Origin: Eledone cirrhosa
Lineage: Eukaryota
Length of the DNA stretch: 64,000 nt
Reading direction: 5' to 3'
Assembly: GCA_964016885.1 (NCBI GenBank)
Contig: OZ024741.1
Span: forward strand, 310,186,001 to 310,250,000
Below the pieces are notes generated by a model. It worked only from the letters and a program-made list of their open reading frames with translations. It searched no databases and had not been told where the DNA came from. Below, piece after piece: positions 12,505 through 24,844 of this stretch (the stretch's first letter is position 1; the number at the start of each line of letters is the position of its first letter). The translations under genes were made by a program, and so were the position numbers.

Positions 12505-14664
12505 AACTTACTGCAGGCTACTGATGAAACTTGTGGCTGGAGCAGAGCTCCAACCAGACAGAGAGTGACCTGGTGGTGGAACAGCACAGTAGATAAGGCC
12601 ATTAGAGACAAAAGACTAGCATGGAAGGCTTTGAAAAAGGGTGGGAGTAGAGAAGGATATACAGTCGCTAAGAGAGAAGCTAGACGTCAGGTGTACTTAG
12701 CAGGCAGGGAGGCTGAAAGTAGGAGGTTTGCCAATGTTCTGCGACGGGAAGATCAGAGGTGTGCGGTGTTCCACATTGCAAGGCAGTGTGTCAATGCAAA
12801 TCAGGATGTTGTTGAAGATAAATGTGTTCGGAATGATGCCGGTGTACTTAGTGTCACGAATGATCAGAAAAAGGAGGCCTGGAAATGTCATTATGAGAGA
12901 CTGATGAATGTGGAGAATGAATGGGAGAGAGAGAAATTACTCTCAGTAGATCCGACAGAGGGACCAGCTATTGAGATTGATGAATATAGGGTCCAAGAGG
13001 CGATTAAGGAAATGAAAAATGGTAAGGCTGCTGGACCGTCGGGGATAGTTGCTGAGATGCTGAAGGCATCAGGGGACATAGGCACTAAACTAGTTGTACG
13101 CATCATCAATCAGGCTATATATGGTGGTGTCCTACCCAAAGACTGGTGCAGCAGTATTCTCATAAATTGCTACAAAGGTAAAGGGGATGCTCTGGAGAGG
13201 GGCAATTATAGGGGTATAAAACTGATGGATCAGGTTATGAAAGTGGCAGAAAAGATATTAGCACAACTAATTAGAGAAGGGGTCAAACTAGATGAGATGC
13301 AGTTTGGTTTTGTGCCTGGGAAAAGTACAACAGATGGCCTCTTCTTGGTGAGACAATTACAAGAGAGGTTCTTAGAGAAGAATAAGCCACTATACTTACC
13401 CTTTGTTGACCTAGAGAAGGCCTTTGATAGGGTACCCCGATCTGTCATCTGGTGGTCCCTAAGGAAACTAGGTGTTGAGGAATGGCTTGTGAGGACAGTG
13501 CAAACTTTGTACAGAGGTGCTGTCAGTAAAGTCAGGGTAGGAATGGAGTTTAGTGAGGAATTCCAGATACAAGTAGGAGGCCATCAAGGTTCGGTCCTCA
13601 GCCCGCTCTTGTTCATTATAGTCCTCCAAGCCATAACAGAGGAGTTTATGACTGGCTGTCCATGAGAACTTCTCTATGCTGACGATCTGGTTCTTATAGC
13701 AGAATCAGTAGAGGAGCTAGAGAATAAATTCTGGCTATGGAAACAGCAGTTGGAAGCAAGAGGACTGAGAGTGAACCTAGCTAAGACAAAAGTGTTGATG
13801 AGTAGAAAAGAGGACAAAACTCTGATTCCATCAGAGAAATGGCCATGTTCAATATGCAGAAAAGGAACTGGCATAAATTCTATAAAATGCACACAATGCA
13901 GATCCTGGGTACACAAGAGATGTAGTGGGATAGCAGGCAAACTAACAGGTAGGGAGAAATACATATGCAGTAGATGTACAGGGAAATTAGACAGTAGAAG
14001 TCGCATTGATAGACACATTTTTCAAATGCAGGCGGGTGCTATAGAAGTGGTGGATAGCTTCCGGTACCTAGGAGATCAGATTAGCATGTTCCGAGTGTTC
14101 CGAGGCCATAGTATCTAGGATAAGGATGGGTTGGAAGAAGTTTAGGGAGCTGCTTCCTCTGCTGACGAAGAAGGGTTTCTCCCTGCGTACGAAAGGCCGG
14201 TTATATGATGCCTGTGTGAGGAGCGCGATGCTGCATAGTAGTGAGACATGGGCAGCAACTGCAGAGGATATGCAACGGCTGGAGAGAAATGAGGCAAGCA
14301 TGCTCCGTTGGATGTGCAATGTCAATTTGCGTGAACGACCCAGCATGAATGTGTTGAGAGAGAAACTGTGTCTGAGAGGGATAGAATGTAGTGTGCGAGA
14401 GAGGAGACTGAGGTGGTACGGACATGTGATGCGCATGGAGGATGACCGATGGGTGAAGAAGTGCCAGGAAATGCCAGCTGAAGGAAGACGTGGTAGAGGT
14501 AGACCACGAAAAACATGGGTGGAGGTGGTGAGAACAGACGTCAGATTGCTGAAGCTCATGGTGGAGATGACGAAGGACCGTGACAAGTGGAGAGATGCTG
14601 TGCTGAATAAGACTCGTCCCACCCTTGCAAGCAGGGAAAAGCGGACGTAAAATGATGATGATGA
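12505..14664 (+). mobile_element. 5'-truncated RTE-clade LINE, CRLS1 intron 3
   Basis: ORFs 12565-13665, 13750-14118 and 14126-14650 form one RT broken by a stop and a frameshift; ends ACCCTTGCAAGCAGGGAAAAGCGGACGTAAAA(TGA)n. Confidence 0.95.
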
Positions 14665-14964
14665 CCAATATTTTATCAGCTAGAGTCTTCTCTCCTCTAT
14701 GTGTGATTGAGAGCATAAAGAGAAGAGGTTGAATATATGTGGGAAACAGAGTGATAAGGGAGAGTTAAGGGCTGTGGTAGCTACATGGATGTTTGTAGGA
14801 TGTTGCATAGAAAACACTATGAGCAACGTGATAGCATAGCTATAATCTTTACACTTATGATTGTTTAATTTTCAAAGTTATTTTTGTTACATATATAATT
14901 GTTATTTATATCTTTTTAAAAGTTAAATTGTTGTTAGTATCAATCTGATTGCTCAATATATATA

Positions 14965-15195
14965 TCATCATCATCATCATTTTACGTCCGCTTTTCCCTG
15001 CTTGCAAGGGTGGGACGGGAACTGATTCTGGCTTGATTTCTACAGCTGGATGCCTTTCCTAACACCAACCTCATTTACAGTGAGTGCTGGGTGCTTTTTT
15101 TCCGTGGCGCCTACACGTCCACTTTACAGTGTGGGCTGGGTGCTTTTTTTTTTTTTTTTTTGCTGTGGCACCTCCACGACCACTTTGCAGTGGAA
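14965..15195 (-). mobile_element. Short element with a 3' tail identical to the adjacent RTE
   Basis: (TCA)nTTTTACGTCCGCTTTTCCCTGCTTGCAAGGGTGGGACG is the reverse complement of 14615-14664; body TTCTACAGCTGGATGCCTTTCCTAACACCAACC. Confidence 0.8.
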
Positions 15196-15305
15196 TGATA
15201 GGGACCCCAGTCCTATCATCTCATTTCTACAGTTGAGTAAACTGGAGCAATGTGCAATAAAGTGTCTTGTTCAAGGAAACAACACATCACCCGGTCTGAG
15301 ATATA

Positions 15306-16580
15306 CAGGGTGCGGACGATATTTGTTCGCAAGATTACTGTCTAGGAAAAAATAATACAGTAGTTTTATTTTTTAAGATATATTTATCAAACTTGGGTCA
15401 GTTTGTCTTCATGACTTGTTCTTTCGATCTCACTCGATAAACCCGTCATTGGCTTTGATGACGGCCTCGGTACTGGCTACAGGCCTTCATCACTGTTCCC
15501 CGACTTAGGCCCCTAAAGGCACTTATGATCTTGGCCTTCAGATCGTCTTTCATATTACAGCTAGATCTGTTGGTGTCTCGTTCCACTGCGCCCCACACAA
15601 AGAAGTCGAGGGGGTTGCAGTCGGGTGAGCTGGGAGGCCAGATGTCAGGTGAAGTGTGGTCGACGAAGTTCTCTGACAGCCAGGTTTGGGTCTTTCGGCT
15701 GGTATGGCAGGGCGCTGAGTCTTGCTGCCACACGTACGGCCTACCTGCAGCTACCTGGTCGATCCAGGGCTTTACTACCTCGCTCAGAACGCGGATGTAG
15801 GCATCGGTGTTCAGCTTGAGGCCCTCAGGGAAGAAGTGAGGTGGCATGGCGTCACCTTGACTGCTGACAACACCCAAGACCAATGTTGTCGCTGGAAACT
15901 TTGTCTGCATGACTCTGGGCACGTCTTTGGATGAGACAGTGAGCCACCTGTTGTTCTGGGAGTTGATCTTCTGGTCTTGGCAGAAGTTTTTCTCGTTGGA
16001 GAAAAACCACAGCATGTCTGGCTCCAGTGGGTGTTTCAACTTGTTGATCAGCTTTTCTTGCATCGCCTTTGACAGAAATTGTCCTTTCCTCATCTTGTAT
16101 GAAACATAGCGAATGTCTTCATGTACCACCAGCCTAATGAGCTTTTCATCCAAGCCTTTCTCCCTTGCAATGGCACGCATCAACTTGCTAGGTTCATTGT
16201 TGATGATATCCTGAACTTCAGTGACGAACTCGAGCGTTCTGAAGGCGTCAGATCGTTGATCATGTGTTTTCCTCTTTGATGTTGCTTCGTAGTCGAATCC
16301 TGAATCTTCCAATTCCTTTCTGACCTTTTCCACCATTCTCCTGCAGACGCTGAGAAAGTCTGAAACTTCTTTATTTGTCCTCCCGGTGCGGATTCCAAGA
16401 AGAACTCTGTGCCTCTTCCACAAATTTGGAGGTTCAAAATTATTCATAATCAATTATTCTGAAAATAGATAATGGAAATATAGTCACTGTTTTTATGAAG
16501 ACAAGAGTGACAACGGAAGTAAAAAAAATTTGCATAAAATTAGCAGTTGAAAATTGCGAACAGATATCGTCCACACCCTG
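15306..16580 (-). mobile_element. Full-length Tc1/mariner DNA transposon, DD37D (maT-type), probably inactive
   Basis: 27-bp TIRs CAGGGTGCGGACGATATTTGTTCGCAA / TTGCGAACAGATATCGTCCACACCCTG with TA on both sides; transposase ORF 15446-16453. Confidence 0.95.
15446..16453 (-). pseudogene. DD37D transposase, first catalytic Asp replaced by Asn, apparent C-terminal frameshift
   Basis: WFFSNEKNF (normally FSDEK); QQDSAPCH and SPDCNPLD are separated by 37 residues; AVIKAN..FIE continues in another frame. Confidence 0.85.
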
Positions 16581-16611
<31 letters not shown>

Positions 16612-16691
16612 AGTAATGTATATAATATCTATAAATCATCATCACCATCATCATAATCATGATGTTTATGTAATAATTGTTAATGTTTCAG

Positions 16692-16777
16692 TTCCTCTTT
16701 TAATCGTGATTGTTGGTCGAGATATTGGTTTGATTGGTGTCAGCTTCTATATACGGTACATCTCTCTTCCACCACCG
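16692..16777 (+). CDS. CRLS1: Cardiolipin synthase exon 4
   Basis: TTTCAG|(I)PLLIVIVGRDIGLIGVSFYIRYISLPPP|GTCAGT; 86 nt, restores phase 0. Confidence 0.93.
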
Positions 16778-18074
16778 GTCAGTATCAGTTTTTAATCTTT
16801 CTTTCTTTCTCTCTCACTCTCTTTCTCATTTTGAATAACATTTTGTACATTTTGAAAAAAAAAACTATCTGAAAATTACGGAACCTCAGTGTGATTTGAA
16901 CCCAGAACATAAAAGGTTGTAACTAATTATTGTAAAACATTTTATCTGATGTTCTAATGGTTCTGCCTATCAACCACTGCTACTACTACTGCTGCCACTG
17001 CCATTGGGGAAAGGAAAAGTCAATTAAATCAACCCCAGTATTTGACTGGTATTTTATTTTATCCATTCTGGAATGATTAAAGGTCGTATTTTAACTCGGA
17101 ATGTAAAGCGGCAGAACAAATACCACAATGGCATTTTATCTGACGCTCAGCCAATCTATATTTAATATTGTTTTCACATCATATCACCATATCACCATGC
17201 CAATGTAGACTATAATAGTGGTCACTTTGGCCATGATTGACTGTTGGTTTGTACCTGGAAAGTTACCCCCCCACCCCAAGGCATGTGCAAGGTGTTTTGT
17301 GGAAGACAAGCAATCGTCCATGCATGCTAGTCTCATCTCTCTATATCATTGATATTGTTTATAAATTTGGTACCAGTGATGTCAACTCATTTTTTCCAGC
17401 CAAGTTGACTGGAGCAATGTGAAATAAAGTATCTTGCTCAAAGACACAACATGTCTGGTCCGGCAACCAAATGCATGTCCTCACAATTGTGATCCCAACA
17501 CCTTAAACATTAAGACACATGCCTTCATGGACTGTAAAAAAAGCCATCTGTAATTAATATTACTCTCATGTATATCACTACACCACCATACTAATGTGTA
17601 TGGTATAAATCTGTTTGTTTAATTTTACTCTCATATATCACAACATCACACCACTATATCAATGTGAACTGTATAAAACCATCTATATTTAATAATTATA
17701 ATGTCAGGGTTTTGATTCCTGGACTGAGTAGCGTATTGTGTTCTTGTTGCTGCAGTATACTCAGCTGAAAACCAGTACCAGCAGTAGTTGGAGTGTAACC
17801 ATGCAATGGACTGATGTCCTGTCTAGGAGGATTCATGTAATCTTAGTTGCTTTAATGCCGATAAAATTGGGATAAGCACCGACCTGATGAGCCTCTAAGC
17901 GTTGGACAGATTTTAGCTTTTTTTAAAACTAAAATATCACCACATCGCTCTATCAATGTGGACGCTATAAAACGTTCTATATTTGATATTGCTCTTATAT
18001 AATATCATATCCTTACACTACCGTATCAATGTGAATTGTTTGTGAGTGAATATTATGTGATTCTCTTTCCCCAG

Positions 18075-18143
18075 AAAACACTCAAACGATATTTTGATGT
18101 AACACATGCTACAGCACAGTTAAGCCCAACTCTATTAAGTAAG
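18075..18143 (+). CDS. CRLS1: Cardiolipin synthase exon 5
   Basis: CCCCAG|KTLKRYFDVTHATAQLSPTLLSK|GTAAGA; 69 nt. Confidence 0.94.
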
Positions 18144-18791
18144 GTAAGAAAGTTATTTTGCTTTATTTTTTCTTTGTCTTTGACTATTATTTTATTGGTT
18201 TCAGTCATTGGACTTGCAGCCACGTTGGGGGCACCGCTTTGAGTTGAATTATATTGACGCCAGTACATTGTCTTATATTGATATCTATTTTTCAAATGGC
18301 TGAGTTATCACAAGTTATGTCCCTTGACACGAGTTATATCCCTTTAGTAGAAGAGATATAACTTTGTCGAGGGTCATCAATATCAGCACTTACACGAATT
18401 TATTCAGGTACACACACTCTCACGCACACACGCACTCTCTCTCTGCCTATATGTACTTGTATAATAAGGATTATGTCATGTCATCATTATTCAATAATGT
18501 CGAGTACAGTGGATTGTTAATTGCAGTATTTCATTACGACCCTTTACATTCTGGTTTCAAATCTGTCATTCATTTTTCTGGGGTCAATAATATAAAGTGT
18601 CCATCAAGTACAGGTTTCGATTTAATCAATATTGTGTGAATGTACCAATTATATAATCAGTGAAATACAAAAATAAAACAAAATAACTGAACATAGTTCT
18701 CTGAACTGACTTTCTCCTCCCACCAAATTGCTGGACTTCTGTCTAAATCAGAAACCATTATCTAATGTTTTGTTTTCATTTTCTTTTTCAG

Positions 18792-18883
18792 GTTAACACA
18801 GGCATCCAATTAACCCTTCTCGCTGTCAGTCTAGCAGCACCAGTCATGGGTTTTGTTGACCATGTTTACCTCCAGGCTCTCTG
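18792..18883 (+). CDS. CRLS1: Cardiolipin synthase exon 6
   Basis: TTTCAG|VNTGIQLTLLAVSLAAPVMGFVDHVYLQAL(W)|GTAACT; 92 nt, phase 2. Confidence 0.94.
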
Positions 18884-19019
18884 GTAACTGTTTCTTCTCT
18901 TTGGATAATTCCTTTAAATCTTTTATTATTACCATATTTCTCATGAAAGACACTGTCTATAATTTTGAAAATAATTAAGAATTTGAAGGGGCTTAGTAAT
19001 ATAACTAACTTTCTCATTA

Positions 19020-19235
19020 TTGATTTCTATTGTAGGCATAAGGCCAGCAAATATTTGAGGAAGGTCAAACTTTATTAAATCACACCCAGTACTTAATTGG
19101 TACTTTATTTTATCCATCCTGGAAGGATGAAAGGCAAAGTTGACCGTGGCAGAATTTGAACTCAAAAAGAGCCAGAACAAATAAGGCAATGGCATTTTGT
19201 CCCACGCTCTACCAATTATGCCAATCCACCACCCT
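19020..19235 (-). mobile_element. SINE with TAACTTTCTC target-site duplication
   Basis: Same family as 6157-6347; GGATGAAAGGCAAAGTTGAC core; flanking direct repeat. Confidence 0.75.
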
Positions 19236-20283
19236 TAACTTTCTCGTTGTTAAGTTGGTGTTTGTTGCATTAAATTATGAGGAAATATTTTCAGATAAAT
19301 ATAACCACTTTAAAATAAGCAGTTTTGTATTGTAGAATCATGGACGCTTTCAGGCAGTTTGGCATTAGAAGGGTTAAATTTGTAATTTATTGTTTATCTA
19401 TGAATTTCAGTTATTGATCTACAATCACTGTTTTATCAGAGTGGAGGATGATCATAAGATTAAACCCTTTACCTTTTCCTTTTGCTGCTGCTACATTTTG
19501 GCTATGGTTTCTTAAATTACACATACATCTAGTGGAGTCAGTTTGCTTCATTTTTTTTTCCAGTTTTCAGACAACTTCCACATTCAGTGCCCATGTCTTG
19601 TTATCATGCTACACCACACTTCATACACAAGCATCGTGCAATATGCCCTTCACTCAGAGGGAGAATCTAAGAATTAGCCATTTTGCTTTAAGGCCATTTC
19701 TTTACTAAAATGGAGGTTAGAGTTGTGGACTTTGTAATAAACATCTCCATTTTGCCCTATCGCTTCCATCCTCCTTCACCAATTCTCTGGTTTTCGTTTT
19801 CTCCTCCATCATTTTTAGCCATGTCTTTCTTGGACTTCCTCAATACATGACTCCTCCATTTCATTCCTTTTCTTTTCACAACATTCATCACTGGTTCTAT
19901 TCACATCATCCTTGGAAGTTCATTATTTGTCTTCTCTTGGAGTGATACTCTGCTCATCCACTGAACCATTCTCATTTCTGTTAATTCTGGTATCTCAAGG
20001 GGTTGTAAAATAAAAAATATAAAATTGTTTTACACCATTACCATCCTGTACCACAGGAAACCGTTTTAGCAAGAAATTCTTGAAAAGCACAAAACATTAT
20101 GACTGCATCACATTTAAATTTTCAGTTCATTAGTTAAGACACTATAAACATTTGAATTAAACCTGTTTTTAGATATTTCCTGCTTAAATCATTCCAGTAT
20201 TTTAAGAGCTATTGACATGGAGTTATTTTTCTTTCTTTATAAATTTCTTTGGTGATAGTTAACTATCTCTCTATTTTCTTCAG

Positions 20284-20365
20284 GTACCTCACTGCTACGA
20301 CAACAATTCTTTCTGGATGTGGATATATTCTCAATCGCAAAGATGTTGTGAAAATTCTAGACTAG
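20284..20365 (+). CDS. CRLS1: Cardiolipin synthase exon 7 (terminal coding exon, TAG stop)
   Basis: CTTCAG|(W)YLTATTTILSGCGYILNRKDVVKILD*; total spliced CDS 1152 nt = 383 aa plus stop. Confidence 0.92.
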
Positions 20366-20792
20366 AACTTAGTATCAATTCAACTAAAGAAATAATTTTA
20401 ACTATTTCGAAATGGTTTGACCATAGGGTATTGAATAATATATATATGTGTGTGTGAGTGTGTGTGTATGTATGCATAGCCAAGGTCAACATTGCTTTTC
20501 ATTCTCTTGTGGCTTATAAATAAAGTACCAATTCGATGCTGGCATTGATTCGCAGTCTCTTCTTTTCTGGAAGATATTGGCTGTGATCTAACCTGGAGAA
20601 GGATGGGCTCTGCCAGGTTTAAAATGCTTAAGCCATGTTTCAGAACAGTGTCCTTATGACTCCATCAGGAGTGAAGGGCCCTTTTCGCGTGTGTGTGTGT
20701 GTGTGTGTGTCCGTCTGTCCGTCCAGTTTAGAATGGGTACACCATACCCCTGTGTGTTGTAAAATGTGACTAAAATGGTTAGTGTTGGGAAG

Positions 20793-20848
<56 letters not shown>

Positions 20849-21074
20849 AATTATAGTGGAGTAATCCACTATTTTAGGTAAGGTGTGTAAAGCTCAATGT
20901 GTAATGAAGGTCGACAGTAAGCAGGAATCGAAGCCTAATCAAAAGTGTACTCTGATGGGTTAAGATACTTGCAGAGCGTAAATATATATACTTAGTACAG
21001 AATAAAAACCAGGGTTGCTAATCCAAATTCATCTTGAATGGATTAACAATTTTCGTTTTCATTGTATATATATA

Positions 21075-22795
21075 TCATCATCATCATCATCATCAACGTT
21101 TAACGTCCGTGTTCCACGCTTGCATGGGTTTGGACGGGGGTAGTCCCACTTGAGGCAAGAGTGATTGTCTTGCTCGCATAGGACTGTCTGGCAGGTTTTC
21201 TACAGTTGGATGCCCTTCCTAACACCAACCACATTTACAGTGTGGGTCTGGGAGGTTTTTACCGTGTTGCCTACACGGCCACATTACAGCGTGGACTGTG
21301 TGTTTTTTTGTCGTGACACCTACACGATCTCATTTGTTTCGGCCCGGATGGCGCGGCACCAACATAACTTTACATAGGACGGGGTGGTGTGGATGGGGTG
21401 GGGGTGGTGGTGGTGGGACGGGGTGTATTTTGTTAGAGATGCCTACTGGCAAGGCGGGTCTTCTCTGTTACTGAGTACCGCCAAAGGTCTCGGTCCAGTG
21501 ACATTGTCTTGGAGAGGTGTAAGTGTGTGAGGTCGGAGTTTATCAGCTCGTCCCAGGTTTTTCTAGGTCTGCCTATTCCGTGGCTACCGTCTATCTTTAT
21601 TGCCCTGCACTTTGTTATACAGCTATCGACTTTCATGCGCATCACGTGTCCATACCAACGTAGCCTTCTCTCGAGTAAACAACATCTGATCCCTCTTATC
21701 TCTAATTTTTTCCTTAGTTCGTTTATGCTTTGCCGTTCACGTATATTACTGTTACACATCCAGCGGAGCATGCAAGCTTCGTTCCTCTCTAGTCTGCGTA
21801 TATCCTCTGCACACAATGCCCAGGTCTCACTGCCATGCAACATTGCTGTTCGTATGCAGGCATCGTACAACCTGCCTTTCATTTTTAGGGAGAACCCTTT
21901 AGCAGCTAATAGTGGTATAAGCTCTCTGAACTTTTTCCAACCAGTTCTGACTCTAGCTACAGTACTTTCAGAGCACCCTCCCCCACTGCTGATTTTATCG
22001 CCCAGGTAACGGAAGCTGTCCACTATTTCTATAGAACCCTCTGCGCAATTGAAAGAGCTAGTATTGTGTGGGCACTTGCTGCTACTTATTGCACCAGAAC
22101 ACCGGCCACATGTAAAATCTATGTTCTTAGTTAGCTTACCTGTGATCCCACTACATCTTTTATGCACCCATACTTTGCATTTAGGACACAAAATGGAGTT
22201 TCTACCTACGCCTTTCCTACACACCGAGCACGACCATTTCCCAGAAGGGACCGCCGCCTTGTTTTCTTTCCTACAAACTAGAACTTTGGTCTTAGCCAGG
22301 TTAATTTTAAGTCCTTTTGACTCTAGGCCGTGCTTCCATGTTTGGAATTTCTTCTCTAGCTCGGCCATTGATTCCGCTATGAGTGTCAGGTCGTCTGCGT
22401 ATAGGAGTTCCCATGGGCAGCCTGTCTTGAACTCCTCTGTTATAGCCTGAAGGGCAATAATAAATAGTAGGGGGCTGAGAACAGAGCCCTGATGGACGCC
22501 AACTTTTACGCTAAACTCTTCACTATATTCGTTGTTAATTCTAACCTTGCTGACTGTTTCTTTATACATGGCTTGTATAGCCCTCACAAGCCATTCGTCA
22601 ACGCCTAGTTTTCTAAGAGCCCACCAGATAATGGAGCGGGGGACTCTGTCGAAGGCTTTCTCCAAGTCGACAAAAGCTAAGTAGAGGGGTTTACCTTTAG
22701 CTAGGTACTTCTCCTGTAGTTGTCGTACTATGAAAAGAGCGTCTGTGGTACTTTTGCCTGACACAAACCCGAACTGCATTTCATCTAGGTCAATT
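21075..22795 (-). mobile_element. 5'-truncated RTE-clade LINE with open 448-aa RT C-terminal half and a ~350-bp 3'UTR
   Basis: ORF 21433-22779 (QFGF, DLEKAFD, YADD, Cys/His finger, RWYGHVMR, GRPRKTW); the 3' region ends ACCCATGCAAGCGTGGAACACGGACGTTAAACG(TGA)n. Confidence 0.93.
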
Positions 22796-22812
22796 CTCTA
22801 TACACATATATC

Positions 22813-23330
22813 TGTATGTGGTTGATGGCTGAGAGAAAGGATTACTCAATACCAAAGTAGAGTTTTTATATTCATTTTATAAAGGCTAAATAGTGAGTCT
22901 TGTTACTCTGGAGTTTTGCCTGTTTATCACAGGGTCATCAGATAATACACATATACATACATCCTCATTATCATCATCATTTAAATGTATGTGGTTGATG
23001 GCTGAGAGAAAGGATTACTCAATACCAAAGTAGAGTTTTTATATTCATTTTATAAAGGCTAAATAGTGAGTCTTGTTACTCTGGAGTTTTGCCTGTTTAT
23101 CACAGGGTCATCAGATAATACACATATACATACATCCTCATTATCATCATCATTTAAATGTATGTGGTTGATGGCTGAGAGAAAGGATTACTCAATACCA
23201 AAGTAGAGTTTTTATATTCATTTTATAAAGGCTAAATAGTGAGTCTTGTTACTCTGGAGTTTTGCCTGTTTATCACAGGGTCATCAGATAATACACATAT
23301 ACATACATCCTCATTATCATCATCATTTAA
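22813..23330. repeat. Tandem triplication of a 173-bp unit
   Basis: Units start at 22813, 22986 and 23159 (TGTATGTGGTTGATGGCTGAGAG...CATCATTTAA) and appear identical. Confidence 0.95.
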
Positions 23331-23397
23331 CGCCCATCTTCCACGCTAGCATACACATATGTATATATATATGTCTGTATGTGTGAGTATATATGTA

Positions 23398-23428
<31 letters not shown>

Positions 23429-23992
23429 GATATACACATATATGTGTGTGTGTATAGGTAGTATGTACCATGCTTTCATTAATGGTTTTAGGTGCCTATG
23501 CAGTCATGAGCAGACACAGGTACCCTCTCTCCAGCAGAACATCCAGAATGTTACAACTGGAAGTGAATGAGGGCCACACCAGCAGAGCTCGTACTTTCTT
23601 TATTGAACATGAAACAATGAAAGGCAATGTGGACCTTAGCCGGATTTGAACTTAGAAACCCGAAGCAACTATTCAAGTCTCTTATGGCTCTGTTAAATTG
23701 ACCGCCTTAACACACACACTCATGTACACGTACACACGTGTGTCTGCATGTATATATATGTGTATATATAATATATATATATGTACATATATATCTATAT
23801 TATATATATATATATATCTATATTATATATATATCTATTATATATCTGTTATATATATATATATCTATTATATATCTATCTATTATATATCTATTATATA
23901 TATATCTATCTATATATATCTATCTATTATACATATATTTGTGTGTATATAATTGGGTGGGCAGTATTATTTCTGGCAATATTATAACAATA

Positions 23993-24357
23993 CTAGCAGT
24001 GGTACCCGGCGTTGCACGGGATAAGGTATTGTGAAATATATAACCGCCTTAGCTAAGCTTAGTATTGCCACAACCACGGCTGGTAAAGAAGTAAGGGTCT
24101 GGTGGTACGTAAGTAAGCAACACCGTGGCTTAAAACGTGAGGAGAAAGACTAAGAATTATAGAGAGAGATCGCTAAATCGCCTAATGCGGTCTCTAGGCC
24201 AGTGAAAATTTGAATTTTTTTTTGCTCAGAACACTCCCTGAAACATAAGTATTACATGTGTAAAGTTTGAAAACAGTCGGTTGGGTGCTTTTCTAGTTTT
24301 AGGGATTCAAACTCACACAAACACAGACAGACATCCTCAGTTTTATACATATATAGA
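23993..24357 (-). mobile_element. Non-autonomous Helitron
   Basis: Minus strand begins TC(TATATATGTATAAAACTG), ends with hairpin CCCGTGCAACGCCGGG then CTAG; inserted between A and T; termini shared with 57800-58633. Confidence 0.85.
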
Positions 24358-24844
24358 TGACCCTCCCCAAATATATATATATTACAAGAATAAAGAAAAT
24401 AACAAACTTAAATTCAAATTCTACTTTTTTTTATATATCGTCATTAACGTTTTAACATTTATTTTTCCATCTTGGAATTTATAGTTCTATCATACAGTGG
24501 GATTTGAATTTAGAATGTTAATGCTTGTAATTCATCATCATCATCAACATTTTATGTACATTTTCCATGCTAGCATGGGTTAGATGAGTTGTCCTGTCGT
24601 GAGACAAGCCAGGTTGGATGAACATATTTTGCTCATAACAGAACTGATTTTAGTTTGGTTTCTATGGCTGGGTGCCCTTCCTAATGGCAACCACATTTAC
24701 AGTGTGTACTGGATGTTTTTTGTCATGTCACCAATATGACCACTTTACAGTGTGGGCTAGGCACTTTTTGTTGTAACACCTACATGACCACTGTATAAGT
24801 GTGCGTGTCTTTATATATTACATATATACATGCTTGGATAAGTG

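Noticed and set aside
20720-20790. HDV-like ribozyme suggested by ACCCCTGTGTGTTGTAAAATGTGACTAAA
   Set aside because: I could not assemble P1/P2/P3 with a canonical L3 by eye; too degenerate to claim.
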